A DNA stretch of 63,825 nt, the filler included, from Octopus bimaculoides (taxonomy: Eukaryota): the NCBI RefSeq assembly GCF_001194135.2. It is 6 parts of 5 records of this genome, joined end to end, with 100 filler letters (N's around TTAATTAATTAA, not from the genome) between each part and the next. Parts side by side here need not be neighbours in the genome. Positions count along the whole stretch, not along the records: positions 1 to 28,834 come from NC_068983.1; positions 28,935 to 55,738 come from NC_069000.1; 4 more parts are not named here. One strand, 5' to 3'. Position 1 is the first letter of the stretch. The number at the start of each line of letters is the position of its first letter. This document shows positions 23,656-37,479 of this stretch, one piece after another. Both the position numbers and the translations under genes were made by a program. The notes under the pieces are model-generated. The model made no database searches. It was not told the DNA's origin and saw only the letters and a program-made list of their open reading frames with translations.

Positions 23656-24757
23656 TCAGATCGTATCTAGAGAGAGTATTTTGCAGGCCTGTTGATAGAA
23701 GTAGTATAAGTTGTCCACGTTTGAAAGTCGTCGGCTACATAGACCATAAATTTGTGATCTGTTCGGTCGACATAGGGTCCATAGACAAGGCACCGGATAC
23801 TGGAAGCTGAACGCGTCCTTCCCGGAGTGCCAAGCTTTCAGAGACGAGTTACAAGTTAGTCCATCAAGAGTTGGTGGGTGCAATCGTCAACAGCTTTTGG
23901 TGGATAGCCCTGAAAAAGGCTATTAGAGTAGAGGTGATAGGATTTTGTCAGAAAATAGCGTTAGATGAATCTAGGATAGAGGGTGACCTAGTTAGGAAGC
24001 TAGAAGAGTTCGCTTAGGAAAGGCATAGCGACCGACGTGATAGCGGCGAGATTGGCTCTTGATCAATTCTTCACTGTCAAGCACGAATGTTGCGTTGTCA
24101 GAGCTAGGGCGCGTGCATTGAGACGGGAGGGGATTAAAGCCATCGATGGGTCTGGGTGACAGAGGCGCTTTGTGGAAACAAAGCAACAATTCTTAGGCAA
24201 GCTGTGATGGGTACACGTAAACCAAGTCCAAGCATAATAGTGCGGAATTTCAGCGGTACTTCGTCGAACTGTATGGGTCACGCTGTGGTTCTTGAACAAT
24301 GGTGGATTTCACCTCCTATCTCAGTGGCATGCCATGCCCCTCAGCCAAGGATGCAGAGTTCTGCGAAATGCTGATAATTGAAAGTTCGGAAAAGGAAAGT
24401 GAGGATTGAGAGGGAAGTAATTTTGTTGAAAGGTGGGTGAATGTTGCGAAAATGGCTCGTGTGAATAGGCCTACTCTGAACATTCGTCTGTAACCCGGAG
24501 CAGCTGAAGGGAAGAGGGGTGCCTACTTGGCGTACCCTTAGCAGTCGGGGTGACCAGGATGTGTGAGGTACCATGGTTGGCTTTGAGTGGAAATCCCCGC
24601 TATTGGGGAATTTTGTTGTTTAGTCTTTTTTGTTAACTGTTTTTTTTTGTTAACTGTTTTTGGTTAACGGTTTTTTTCTTTTAAACCCCACTCGTCCCTT
24701 GTTTTGTATTGTTTCTAATTGTTTTCGTGTTCAGCGTTTGTGGCCAATAAATAAAGG
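23656..24757 (+). mobile_element. Tx1/L1-clade ORF2 relic, 5'-truncated and lacking the RT domain
   Basis: End of APE domain (SYLERVFCR, DHKFV, GTGYWKLNASF at 23789-23821) and linker (VRARARALRREG, FQRYFVELYG, YLSGMP…AEFCE). It then jumps to the C-terminus (RKVRIERE…FVERWVNVAKMARVN, stop 24491-24493); 3' UTR ends GGCCAATAAATAAAGG before (ATT)n. Confidence 0.8.
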
Positions 24758-24758
24758 A

Positions 24759-24792
<34 letters not shown>

Positions 24793-24799
24793 CATCATT

Positions 24800-24842
<43 letters not shown>

Positions 24843-25103
24843 GTAGTAGTAGTAGACTCCTGAAAACTTGAAATTTATTTGCTTTCCGACGGTAAAGTCC
24901 AACGCACGTGCTTCACTGTCCTCGACGGCTAAATATTAAGTTTTCTACAGGTGAAAATTTAGTATTATTATTACGGTTGCCTCAGGCTGAGTATATGACT
25001 TTATTCTGCATTTATATATGAAAAATGAGTCGATCTTCGAGCGCATGTATCTCTCTTCCTCTCTTTCTCTTTCTCTCTCTCTCTCTCTTCCTCCCTTTCT
25101 CTG

Positions 25104-25156
<53 letters not shown>

Positions 25157-25925
25157 TGCTCTCTCACCTTTCTGTCTCTTCATTATACCCGTTCTCAAAC
25201 ATATGCATTTTCCTATCTTTCTCTTTTCATTATCCTCTCACACCACCAACTTTACTTTCACTAGCGACGCTGAGACGAGCTGTTAAATTTTAAGATTTCA
25301 AGAGTGCAAATTTGATAATGCAACCTCAAGCTGGCTTGGAAAAATTATTACCATTACGACTATGAACTATTTCATAATGCATGTTTGACGGGCGAAATTA
25401 ATTCACAAAATCTCCAGCACAGCATTGTGTTGATTGAATACATAAAATTATTTACGATATATTTTATAAATATGTATCTATTCTTGATATGAAAATATTT
25501 AAACTGGTGACAGAGTCTTCTGTAGCTGAGGATGAAGATTCGATCAACATTTGTTTCGTATCTTTAAGACTTGTTAAAGCCGCTCACCACAACTCACAGC
25601 TACAGAAATTACGAAGAGTAAATCTTATGAAAGATGTAAATTAACTATTACTGTTGTAGCATTATTACATTTTCACACACATACACACGTGCGCGCATGC
25701 ACTAACAGAATACTTATTGCAGCGCGTTGCCCAGGCGAAAGAGTAGCTATAAATTGTCTAGAATTGTTTTAATGAATGCATATCCGGTTTAGCAGGATGA
25801 TATTTCATTACTAATGAAAAGTTATCTTTCATGTAAGAATTGATATTCTTTTTCAATACATACGTGGTACGGTGTCTAATTCACTGTGCTACAGATAGTT
25901 GCTCAAAATAAATAATATATTATAA

Positions 25926-26117
25926 GGCGGCGAGCAAACAGAATCGTTAGCACGCAGGACAATATGCTTATCAGCATTTCATCCGTCTTTACGCTATGAG
26001 ATCAAATTCCGCTGAGGTTGATTTTGGCTTTCATCTTTTTGGGGTTGATAAAATAAGTAGCAGTTGAGTGCTGGGGTTCAATGCAATCGATTTATCTCCT
26101 CCTATCAAAATTTGAAA
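25926..26117 (+). mobile_element. GGCGGCGAG-family SINE
   Basis: Head and body match the other copies; decayed tail. Confidence 0.8.
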
Positions 26118-26984
26118 ATTAATATTGATAATATATTTCGTAGTTTAATTTGTATGATATATCAAATTCAAGCATATTAAATACTAGCTTAAAAGCTGCA
26201 CTCCGTGCGGACTTTCAAGCTAGTTCCTGTGGAGGGATAATTGGGCCCAAAATTAAAGAGAGCAATAATAATAAAGCTTTTATTGGTATCCTACCAATAT
26301 GGTATTACATTAAGTTCAGTTTAAATGAAAAAATTGCAAGTTCACAAATATTTGGAGTTTTTTAAAAAATTTAAATAACATATATATATCACTACTTGGC
26401 GACTGGTGTTGATGTATTTACGTTCGCGTAACTTAGCGGTTCGGTAAAAGAAGCCAATAAAAAGTACCAGGCACAAAAAAGAAAGAACTGGTGTCGATCT
26501 GTTCCATTAAAATTCTTCAAGGTGGTACCCCAATGTGGCTGCAGTCTGATGACTGGAAATGATAAAAGAACCATTAAATTTCTTACTAAAACTTAAAGCT
26601 AAAGGAGGTAATTCTTGTACTATAGCATTGAAACCTCTTACAGTCGCTTTACCGGCAAGAAATAGCAATCCAAATGCTTTTAAATCAGACCCCAATGCTG
26701 GATGTTCAAGAACCAAATGAAGGGTAGATTTTCAATCCCAGGATCATCCTGATTCCAAAAATGTATAATATGTCTATGTAGAGCAAATGTGGACTGAGAT
26801 ACAGGGGTTCCAAAAGGACAGACAGAATTTCACTTTTATTAATATAGATGAACACAAGATGAAGTAAATATGAATTCAGTCCTATTTCATTTGAACTTAC
26901 TCTAATTGTAATATATCATCTATTATTCTTCAAATTATCTAATTCTTAAAATAATTTGAAAAAAATGAATGGTTCCCACTGAGT

Positions 26985-27024
<40 letters not shown>

Positions 27025-27638
27025 GGTGTGTGGCCGAGTGGTCAGAGAGTGTTTCTCACACAGCGTGGGAACCAGAATGGCCAGAGTAAGACCCACATCC
27101 AAATATCCAAATATTGGAACTGCAGCGCATACAAATATTTGAACTGCAGCGCATACAATAACGAAGAAATGATTTTAAGTTTGTGATGAGCCTTAGTAGT
27201 ATATCGGTACTTATCATAGTTTTGGCAATGCTGAGCATTGTTATATTAGCACCTCAAAATAAATAATGTTTTACGTTTTACTAACATGGCCATAAAGAGA
27301 TTATAAGGATTCTAACTTTTGAGTATCCTACATAAATTTGACATTAGCAAAACAGTATTCTTTATCATGCAGTACAGCAACTATCCTTGGGATTTATTTT
27401 TCAGTGGTATTAGTGATGGAGACATCACTTGTAGCAATTTGTAATAAGAAAGGGAAGGCTATCTTTCATCAAGACAGCAAATTGAATTCGCATTCGTAAA
27501 ACTTGACTTCTAACTCAAAATAATTATATCTATTAGTTTCTATGTTTATAGCTGGCATGCGTACAAGCATAATCAGCTGCAACTTTGCATTAATAAATTC
27601 TTCTGTTAAAACTGCTATATTACTACAGTAAAATAGAT

Positions 27639-27703
<65 letters not shown>

Positions 27704-28444
27704 NNNNNNNNNNNNNNNNNNNNNNNNNNNNNNNNNNNNNNNNNNNNNNNNNNNNNNNNNNNNNNNNNNNNNNNNNNNNNNNNNNNNNNNNNNNNNNNNG
27801 TGAGAGAGAGAGAGAGAGAAGTGAGAGAGAGAGAGAGAGAGAAGTGAGAGAGAGAGAGAGAGAAGTGAGAGAGAGAGAGAGAGAGAGGGAAGAGAAAGAC
27901 TGAAAGTAGCAAAGCTTTCAGTGTGGGACAAGAAGATGAGGGAGGTTTGTAAAACAAAAAGGAGATTGAGCACTGATATGGGAACGGATAAAAATGCGAT
28001 AGATGTTTGTAAAAGAGAACAGAACAAATATTTACCAAGCAGTAAAATGAAATAGTTGCTGCATAGTTGTAATGGTTAGAGCTGCACCCAGTTTAGTATG
28101 GAGACTGGATGGATGATGAGGGAGAGGGTGTGTTACAATAAGGGCCAAAATAACATGGACTTTCACTGATAGCATAAATGCGTTTAGGGATTACAGGAGT
28201 GATACTGTCAAAGAGTAGCGAAATCGTTGTGATCTCCAATCAACAGCAGAAGAAGATAGTGTACGGCAGTGTAAGCTGTATTCATACACGCATGCATACA
28301 CATATATACACACATACATATCTGTGTGCATGTGTGTGTGTGTATATGTATGTACATAAATTATACATGTATTATTTTACTAGTTTCAGCCCCAGGGCTG
28401 CGGCCATGCTACAGTTGTTTGTTTGCTTTACTACACTTTCACTA

Positions 28445-28800
28445 AAGCTTCTCTGACGTGGCATTTGGAGAATGGGGGAGTTTGCTATCCTCATCTGTGT
28501 TTCGTGCTTTGAGGTAATTTTCACCCAGAACTCCTGAGAGGAGGATATTCAATTTGGTTCTGAAAACGCCTGCATCCACCTCATGAAGGCCTCTCAGGTT
28601 TTGTGGGAGGATACTGAAGAGCTGTGGACCATTGACGTCCAAGTTGTTGCAGTATCTGGTCTTGTATTCTGATGGCAACATTGGAATTTTTGATACTAAT
28701 TAGTGGCGCCTTGTTCTGATGTTTGTGTAACTGAGAATGCCAAAGTTTGGTACAAATTCCTCTAGGATTTTCCAGTTGTATATTACTGCGTATCAATCCT
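28445..28800 (-). mobile_element. CR1-type LINE ORF2 C-terminal fragment
   Basis: YAVIYNWKILEEFVPN…VNGPQLFSILPQNLRGL…FRTKLNILL, a typical CR1/L2 post-RT tail motif. Confidence 0.75.
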
Positions 28801-30785
28801 GCCTTCATATATATATATGTATATATATATATATNNNNNNNNNNNNNNNNNNNNNNNNNNNNNNNNNNNNNNNNNNNNTTAATTAATTAANNNNNNNNNN
28901 NNNNNNNNNNNNNNNNNNNNNNNNNNNNNNNNNNAGAAGAAGAAGAAGAAGAAGAAGAAGAAGAAGAAGAAGAAGACCATTTAACCACTCCCGCAATCTT
29001 TTATCGTTCTTTCTCTTCTTCTGCTTCTTCTTATTCTCCGCCTTCTTCCACTACGCCACCCCTTTCTTTACTTTACTACTACTGCTGGTTAGAATAACAC
29101 CCACGCAAATATTAAAAACAATACATTCAAAAGAGATATCTCAAGAATTCAATCACTACTACCATCCACAAGTCACTTTCAGGGCACTCGACCATTTAGC
29201 ATCCTTCTACTATCATACCACTCATGCATTCTTTTATCATTCTTTCTCTTCTTCGTCATCATCATCATCATATTCATCTTCCTCTTCTTCTTCTTATTCT
29301 TATTCTTCTTCTTCTCTGCCAAAAATTCACAACGATCTCGAACCCACAGGAGTAAACAAGAGAGACAGAGACAAGCAAAAACAAGGAAAATGCCCCTTGT
29401 ATTTGAATAATATGCAAATATTCTTTTAAAAATCTTTTCGTTTAATTTTTCCAATATCAAGTACAACCTGCCCTGACCAAATACTCCATCTAAGGTCACA
29501 TTATTTCGTGTATCTTTCCTCTTTTTTTTCACTGAAATGATTGGGGGTGATAATCTGAAGGAAATTCCCTGTAGAGAATACAGAGTTTTATAATATAATT
29601 TTTTACATTCTCACTTTTTCCGATTCTTTAATATTTATAACAAAATTTGATTATGGCATGCCGTGTTAAATCATGTGATTAAATCATCATAAAATAATAC
29701 ATCAAACGTAGCACTGATATAACATAAGGGCAAATTTGGAAGCAGAATCCACCTTGCGAACGATCAATAAACGAATCGGTTCCTTTCTGAAGTCTTCTGG
29801 CATCACAATCTCTAAAATTGCTTCCTATAATGTCTATGATATTAGAAATACCATTTAGTTTCGTACTTATTTGCTTATTGTACTTTAAACGATATTTCAC
29901 AATATATTGCATTATTTCCTTCGGTGTGTAAGATCACAAAACTAATTGAATTAATGGTTATCTTTCTTCCTTATTTCCCTTCCAATCCTTCTGTTCGCAA
30001 TTTTTTCTTTATATATTGTATGCATTGTTCTTGTTACTTCTAAATCACGAGTCAAACTTAGCTAAACAGATAATTAATATAAAGCTTCACAGTCATAACC
30101 ATCCTGTGGTTGTTCCGAATCAGTCATACCTGATACTAAATACATACGTATATCTATATTCAATCTTCTTTTTACTTGTTTAAGAGGTACGACTTTCGGT
30201 ACGACAAAATTTCATTGCTTATAATTTTATACATTTGTTACAAAATTTCGAGCCTATATTTCATCATTTCTTCACTTTTGTTTGGAATTTCTATATGTTC
30301 CATACGAGGTGCACGTTATTCAAGGTGAATATTAAAGTACTCTGGGACTTAAAAAGAATCAAATAAAATAAAAGGGAAGAATTTTAGAGGTAAAATTGCC
30401 AGAAGGGGAGGAAAAAATTTAGGAGTGGTAGTAAGGTGAATATGATTGCAAAAGAGAGTAAGAAAGAGAGGGAGGTAGGAGATAAAGACTATGGTCAATA
30501 GGGGAACAAAATAGTTCTAGGTAGATTGGTGGTTTCTCACTTAACAGTAAAATGTTTCTAAACGCATATTCTTGCGCACGCGCGTATTTTCTTTGTGTGC
30601 CTGTTGTACGCACCTGCATATTCTCATGTGCGGAGAGGAAGATGGAGGGAGTACAAGTTACATAGAAGCGCTGCATGTGTGGATGACAGAATAGTTAGGG
30701 AATAATAGAGGTCGTTAGATACATACATACATACATACATACATACATAGACACATATATATATACATTTGCATTACATACGTAC

Positions 30786-30827
<42 letters not shown>

Positions 30828-30919
30828 ATATAAACGTCTTGTGTGTGTGTGTACATATAAACGTCTTGTGTGTGTGTGTGTACATATAAACGTCTTGTGT
30901 GTGTTGCGTACTTTGCTAA

Positions 30920-32017
30920 TAAATGAAAAAATGCATTGTAAATAATCAACGACAGATAAAGACGNNNNNNNNNNAAATGAAAAAATGCATTGTAAATAAT
31001 CAACGACAGATAAAAACGTATACGTACAAGACACAGAGGGTCCCTAATTCTTCATCAGTTATCAACCAGAATGGTAATTCTTCAATGATAAGATTGAAGG
31101 GATTCCCATTTTGGCGATGCCTGCGAAAGACGCAGAGAACCAAGCCTCAAGTAAACAAAGCGCCTCAGGGTGGACATAGGAAAGTAAAAAATGCAATTTA
31201 AGACGATGGATAAAGACGAAACGAGCAAAATACGGCCATTCGGTCAAAAGACGAGGACGGTGGATAACGCTTCATAAAAATCGTGAAGGATATAGACAAC
31301 AGTAAATACCAAGACAGAAAAAGTTTTTTTGAGACCGAACCGCTGGACAGCCATTGAGAAAAAGGGAATGAAGAAAAAACTGGCTATGGAATACGTGTTA
31401 GTAGAGTAGAATAAAATATTGGCCGAGACAGGTAGAGAAGAAATGAAAAGAGAGTGACACAGAGAGGATAGAGAGAAACTAAGCGAAGAAAGGAATTGTA
31501 GTCTTTATCCTTTCCTCCTTCCTTTCTTCCCTTATTTTCTTTCTATCCTTTCTCTGTCACCCTCTCATCATTTCTCCTCTGCCTGCTACTACACGTGACC
31601 CGTGGCCAGCTTTTCTTCATTCTCTCTTTCTCACTAGCTGCCCAGCGGTTCGGTCACAAAAGAACTTTCTCTGTCTTGTTATTTACTGTTGTCAGTATCC
31701 TTCAGGATTTTTTTTAAGCGTCACCTACCATCCTCGTCTGGCCGTATTTTGCTCGTTTTGTTTTTGTCCATCATTTTAAATTACATGTTTTATTTTCGTA
31801 TGTCCACTCTAAGGCGTTTTGTTTGCTTGAGGCCCGATTCTCTGCGTCTGTAGCAGGCACTGTCAAGCTGGGAAGCCCATCAGTCTCATCATTAAAGGTG
31901 CGAAACTCAGTATTACTATTCTGGTTGATAACTGATGAAGAATTAGAGACCCTCTGTGCCTTACACATAGACGTATTTTATCTCTTGTTGTGTATCTACA
32001 ATGCATCTTTTCATTTA
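30920..32017. repeat. ~1.1-kb foldback (two ~490-bp diverged arms, centre ~31500)
   Basis: For example CACAGAGGGTCCCTAATTCTTCATCAGTTATCAACCAGAATGGTAAT (left) matches the reverse complement of the right arm with 2 mismatches in 47. Related single copies lie at ~46290-46600 and ~33720-33750. Confidence 0.85.
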
Positions 32018-32173
32018 GCTGATATAGATATAGGTATACAAATAGAAATAGAGGTAGAGATAGATACATATAAATGTGGATACACGGTCAGACAGACGGG
32101 CATACAGGTAGCCAACTAGACAGGTAGGTAGAGAGACAGGCAGACTGACAGGCAGGCAGGCAGACAGGCAGGC

Positions 32174-32253
<80 letters not shown>

Positions 32254-32703
32254 CGTTTATGTTGCCAAGAACACCACGACAGTTATAACGAGTGAGAGGT
32301 GATAGCACGTCTTAACCGACATTCTGTAAAGGGCAAAACACTAATGGCGGATATATTGAAAATCCGGAATATTCTTGCATGAAACATTGGATGAAACACA
32401 GGGCATGCAGGAGAAACAGAGGGAAAGAAAAGGAGAGATAGGGTGGAAGAGAAGGCGAAGTCTGTCGACATATTCAATGACATTGAATGACAGTTGCTCA
32501 TCACTAATGTAATTCGAAGAATTTGCCACCAATGCCTTCCTACTTGTGCCTTCTATCTTTGTACGTTTTCTCTTAATCGACTTAATCGCAAGGCCGTCAA
32601 AAAAACTTAAATGTGATGTCATTTCTCTATACTACGTGAATGTTCGATTTTTATCTAGCGAACTGCTAATCTACCTCTTAATCTCTCCAACATTCTTTCC
32701 TTG

Positions 32704-32739
<36 letters not shown>

Positions 32740-32806
32740 ACTTTATTTGTCTGTCTCTCTCTCCCTCTCCCTCTCTTTCTCTCTTACTCTGCGCGTGGAG
32801 TATATT

Positions 32807-32838
<32 letters not shown>

Positions 32839-32991
32839 TACATGCACACACAGACACACACACACATATATGTATGTATGTATGTACGCATATATATATG
32901 TATGCATATGTGTGTGAGTATGCATGTATAAGTAGTAGTGAAGAGTGTATACACACATATATATATATAAATGTGTATATATACATATATA

Positions 32992-33059
<68 letters not shown>

Positions 33060-33241
33060 NNNNNNNNNNNNNNNNNNNNNNNNNNNNNNNNNNNNNNNNN
33101 NNNNNNNNNNNNNNNNNNNNNNNNNNNNNNNNNNNNNNNNNNNNNNNNNNNNNNNNNNNNNNNNNNNNNNNNNNNNNNNNNNNNNNNNNNNNNNNNNNNN
33201 NNNNNNNNNNNNNNNNNNNNNNNNNNNNNNNNNNNNNNNNN

Positions 33242-33294
<53 letters not shown>

Positions 33295-34781
33295 CATATA
33301 TACACACATACATGTGTGTGTACGCCAGTGTGCGCGCGCGCACTCACATGCACACATACACACACACCTATGTCGTGTATGTATATGTGTTTATGTATGT
33401 ATAAGTATGTATTCTTACATGCATGAATGTATGTCTATTCATATGTTTCTCTGTTCCTGCTTTGTCTTTCGTTCCTTTATAATTTTCCTTGTAAATATCA
33501 AAATTTCTGAAGAGGCGATAAATATCGAAATATCTACGACGCTTCAACATTGTTAATATTTTACTGAACAACAACAAAATGTTAATTTAACTTTGCTTAT
33601 TATTCCCATTGTTAATAATGAATCAATACTTATACGTTCAACTTATCCGGTCAGTCCATTCTTTTCTCTTCATTTATCGTCGTACTTTCAACTCACCATT
33701 CGATCTTGCCTCGTATTTTGGAACTGTCTCGGCCAATATTTTATTCAACATTTTCAATTTACCAATTCAATATTGTCGTAATATCTGAGTATTTTTCTTA
33801 CATTTTGCTTTATCTTTCATTCCACTAGCATGCGTCTCCCCACTCTTCAGATATTCCTTAAGCAATTTCTCATTTCCCCTAGCTGATTCTAATTTCCATC
33901 CTCCCTGCTCAATCTAGTTACATGGTATCTGTTAATTTTCATCTTAACCAGCAAGCCATTCTTCGTGGTTTTGATCTACACTCCAACCTTACATATTACA
34001 ACACTTCTCCACTTTTGCTGCATAGCCTCTCTACTGCAAAACATCCAGTTTCCTTAATACTTTTCGAAAATCCGTGCCGCCCTGTACCATCTTCCCAAAC
34101 CCTATGCCCTTCATTCCACTTTCGAAAACTCTCCTCACCTGTTCTATTATCCCATTCATCTATGACCTCAACCGCTTGCTCTTTATGACTCACACTGTAA
34201 ACAAACCCCACTCGCTCGTACACACATTCGTTCCATGCAACTAAACCCATCACTCTCACTTCCTCTCCCTTGCATCCACTTCTTTCAGCACCTCATGAAT
34301 TCCAAGCCTACAAGTATATACACAGCCTTTATTTCTACACCCCAGAAGCCATTGCCTCACTCCAACCATTTTTCTCACTCCCACTTCCATGTCCACCCTA
34401 ATAACCACCTAACACTCAAAACTCTTTTTTATTCCCACACTTTTCTCACGCCATTGTAATAATTCATAATCCTTCTCGATGTGAATTTGATCTCTCTCTC
34501 TCGCTCTCCCCCCCCTCTCTCTCTCTCTCTCTCTCTCGCTCTCTCTCTCTCTCTTTGGCAGAACTCTCCTAAACATCACACTGCCTAAACATCGTACTTC
34601 CTAAGCATCACACTGCCCAACCACGACTCGTACAACGTAAAACGGTTCCCTACCAAGCTGTGCGCGAGTATCAAAAAAGGAATAAAAAAAACATCCAGAA
34701 ACAAAAAGGAAACAACAAAAACAGCTCATTCAACCTTCGCCATGTTTGACTTAGCCTCACACTGACCACTGCATATTTTGT

Positions 34782-34981
34782 GGTTTCAGTTTTCAACACA
34801 AGGCCAGTAGTTTTAGAAGGGCATTCGTTCCCTGAATGCTGAAACGGTGCTTGTTTAGTCGACTCCTTAATGATGAAGGGTAAAATCCACCTTGGCAGAA
34901 TTTGAGCTCGAAAGATAAAGCGCTGGAAGAAATGCGGCTAACCAGTTTGTCCGAAGAACTAATGATCTTGCCAGCTCGCGG
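34782..34981 (-). mobile_element. GGCGGCGAG-family SINE (further decayed copies at about 35420-35740)
   Basis: Reverse-complement head TTGCCAGCTCGC and tail GGTTTCAGTTTTCAACACAAGGCC. Confidence 0.7.
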
Positions 34982-35173
34982 TTTAAAAAAAAATTATTGA
35001 TAAAAATAACATGGTGCAGCGTGGCTGTGTGGTAAGAAGCTTGCTTTCCAACTACATGGTTCCGGGTTCAGTTCCACTGCGTGGCAGCTTGGGCAAGTGT
35101 CTTCTACTATAGCCTCAGGCCAATCAAACCCTCGTGAGTGTATCAGTTAGATGGAAACTGTAAGAAGCCCGTC

Positions 35174-35207
<34 letters not shown>

Positions 35208-36089
35208 NNNNNNNNNNTGTGTTTGTGCTTGTCCTCCCACCATCGCCTGACAACCGATGTTGGTGAGTTTGTCAAAAGACACCGATAGAATAAGTACTAG
35301 GCTTATAAAAATAAACCCTAGGGTCGATTTGTTCGACTAAAGGCGGTGCTCCAGCATGGCGGCAGTCAAATGACTGAAACAAGTAAATGACTAAATGACT
35401 GAAATGATTGAACCCCTTCTAGTTTTGGCACAAGGAGAGCAATTTTGAAGAAAGGGTGTATTTGATAACGTTTACCACAATATTTGACTAGTACTTTATT
35501 TTATCGCATCTCATCGGATGAAAAGCCAAAATGGCCACACTTGACTCAAAGGTCAGACGATCTAATGATTCCACCAATCCTTCGTACTTATAAATATTCC
35601 TGATTTAAGCACAATAGCTGTTGTGAACAAGTTAGTCGATTACATCGACTCAGTACTTAACTGGTACTTTATTTTAACGACCCCGAATGATGAAAGGTAA
35701 AGCGAGAGAGTGAAATTTGAAACCAGAACAAGTACAATTAGATCAAATGCCACACAGCAATTTTTGGATGCTTTAAATTCCCTGGTGGTGTTAGCAACAT
35801 CAACAACAACGAAAACACTTCAGTTAGGAAATCTAAGTCACTCTTCCAAAGCACTTATAGGCAGAATATAGCCACTCCACTCACAAGGAAGCCTGATATA
35901 AATAGAAAACTACTATTAGATAAAACAGTCAGACTGGAAAAATATTTAGAAACAAAGAGTAGAAGATTGATAAATGTAATAAAGAAACATGAAGAAAAAT
36001 ACTTTTCTCTGTACACGAGGAATCGATAAAGTACAAAGCAGAATCAAACTATGTTGAAACAATAAATTTAGATTACAAGTAAACAGAGA

Positions 36090-36830
36090 TGGTTAAAGAG
36101 ACAAAAACATGAAAACAGACTTAGAAAACATAGTAAAGAAATGGAGAGAAAAACCACTCTATGCCAATAGCTCGCAAGGCTCGACTGAGAAGTAAACCAA
36201 AGTCAATTTCAACTCTGTCTCTGGAGTAAAACAGAAACAGGACTGATTTAAGATACACAAGACCAATATCTTGCCACAAATAATTATACGAACAAAATAA
36301 TGAAAACAGATTCTAACAACATATGCAGAATGAGCTCAATGAGACAGTAGAAACAACAACAAATTTGAATATATACACAGATATGATCGAATTGGAATCT
36401 ATACATGTGATGGGCAATATGCCAACATTTCCACTTTAAAACAGGCAAGACGTTATATAAACATGTACAAAACGCGGCACATAACATCCGTCTGACGACA
36501 ATCATCTGTATCACAATCATATATGCTTGTCCAAACTGACAAAGCGATCAAGGCAAACGGTCATGACATATTAACCATGAATTATAAAATAAACACATGC
36601 GAGCTGATAGACAGTGCGTTCCCGTCTAACCAGAATATTACCTCAAAAGAAATGGAAAACCTGTTACAATATGAGTATCGTCAAATAGAAATATTCAAGT
36701 TAGGGGACAGGAAAGTGAAAGCTGTACAAATAATTAAGTTTTAGGTATGTTAAACAAAACATGATAAAGCCATATAAAAACATAGTTGTGCTGGGACCAT
36801 CCTACACTCTACTTAAGACATGACTGATTC
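36090..36830 (+). mobile_element. Decayed R4/Dong-like LINE C-terminal fragment
   Basis: WREKPL…, RYDRIG…, VQTDKAIKANGHDI…ELIDSAFPSNQNITSKEMENLLQY (degenerate RLE domain). Confidence 0.65.
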
Positions 36831-36852
36831 AATAGCACAGTATACATAGAAC

Positions 36853-37450
36853 TTGGTCGCACTGCATGTTAAAATCCCATGGTATTTTGTAATGTTTGTT
36901 TTTTATTACTCCCTCTGGCCTGTGTTCATACCATTGTTCGGCTCTATCGAGGTTTGCTTTACTGCACAACAGCCAGTGGATATATTTGGACACATTGTCG
37001 TGTCTCCTTTTATATTCGCGTTGTGCGAGCTTACAGTACTCACTAACAATATAGCTTATAATTTCTCCCATCTCGGAGTACAACCTACACCATGGCGACT
37101 CAGTGCTTTTATAAGTGTGATATTTGGAGTATTTTGTACTGAGAGCTTGTTCTTGAGCGGTGCACACTAATGCCTCAGTGGGCCCTTTTAAGTCTCCTTT
37201 CTGCAGCCATTGCCAGATTCTATTCCAATCAATCTCATCTTTATTCTTCCAGAACTGACTGTGCATTTTCTTGTCCGGCCAAATTTCCTTCATCTGTTCT
37301 CTCTGGTATTTCTCAAAATGTATTGGATCCACGGTTTTGCTCACTTTTATGATTCCCTGCATTTTCACTGCTTTAATCATTTCTCCTTTACTCCCCTTGA
37401 CACATCAAGCAAGGCTATCCTCCTTTTTTCCGTGCACAATCTTCACAACA
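36853..37450 (-). mobile_element. R4/Dong-like LINE fragment
   Basis: ORF 36829-37380: WQWLQKGDLKGPTEALVCTAQEQAL…REYKRRHDNVSKYIHWLLC…WYEHRPEGV…WDFNMQCD. Confidence 0.85.
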
Positions 37451-37479
37451 CACTATTATTATTATCATTATCATTATAT

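Noticed and set aside
25715-25762. CGCGTTGCCCAGGCG…CTAG resembling a Helitron 3' end
   Set aside because: The hairpin is too degenerate and no matching 5' end was found.
27108-27155. 24-bp tandem duplicate (and the 3-copy ~25-bp unit at 30820-30905) considered as CRISPR-like
   Set aside because: No spacers, only 2-3 units, eukaryotic context, no cas genes.
30921-31018. ~45-bp direct repeat around a 10-N gap
   Set aside because: A typical contig-overlap artefact.
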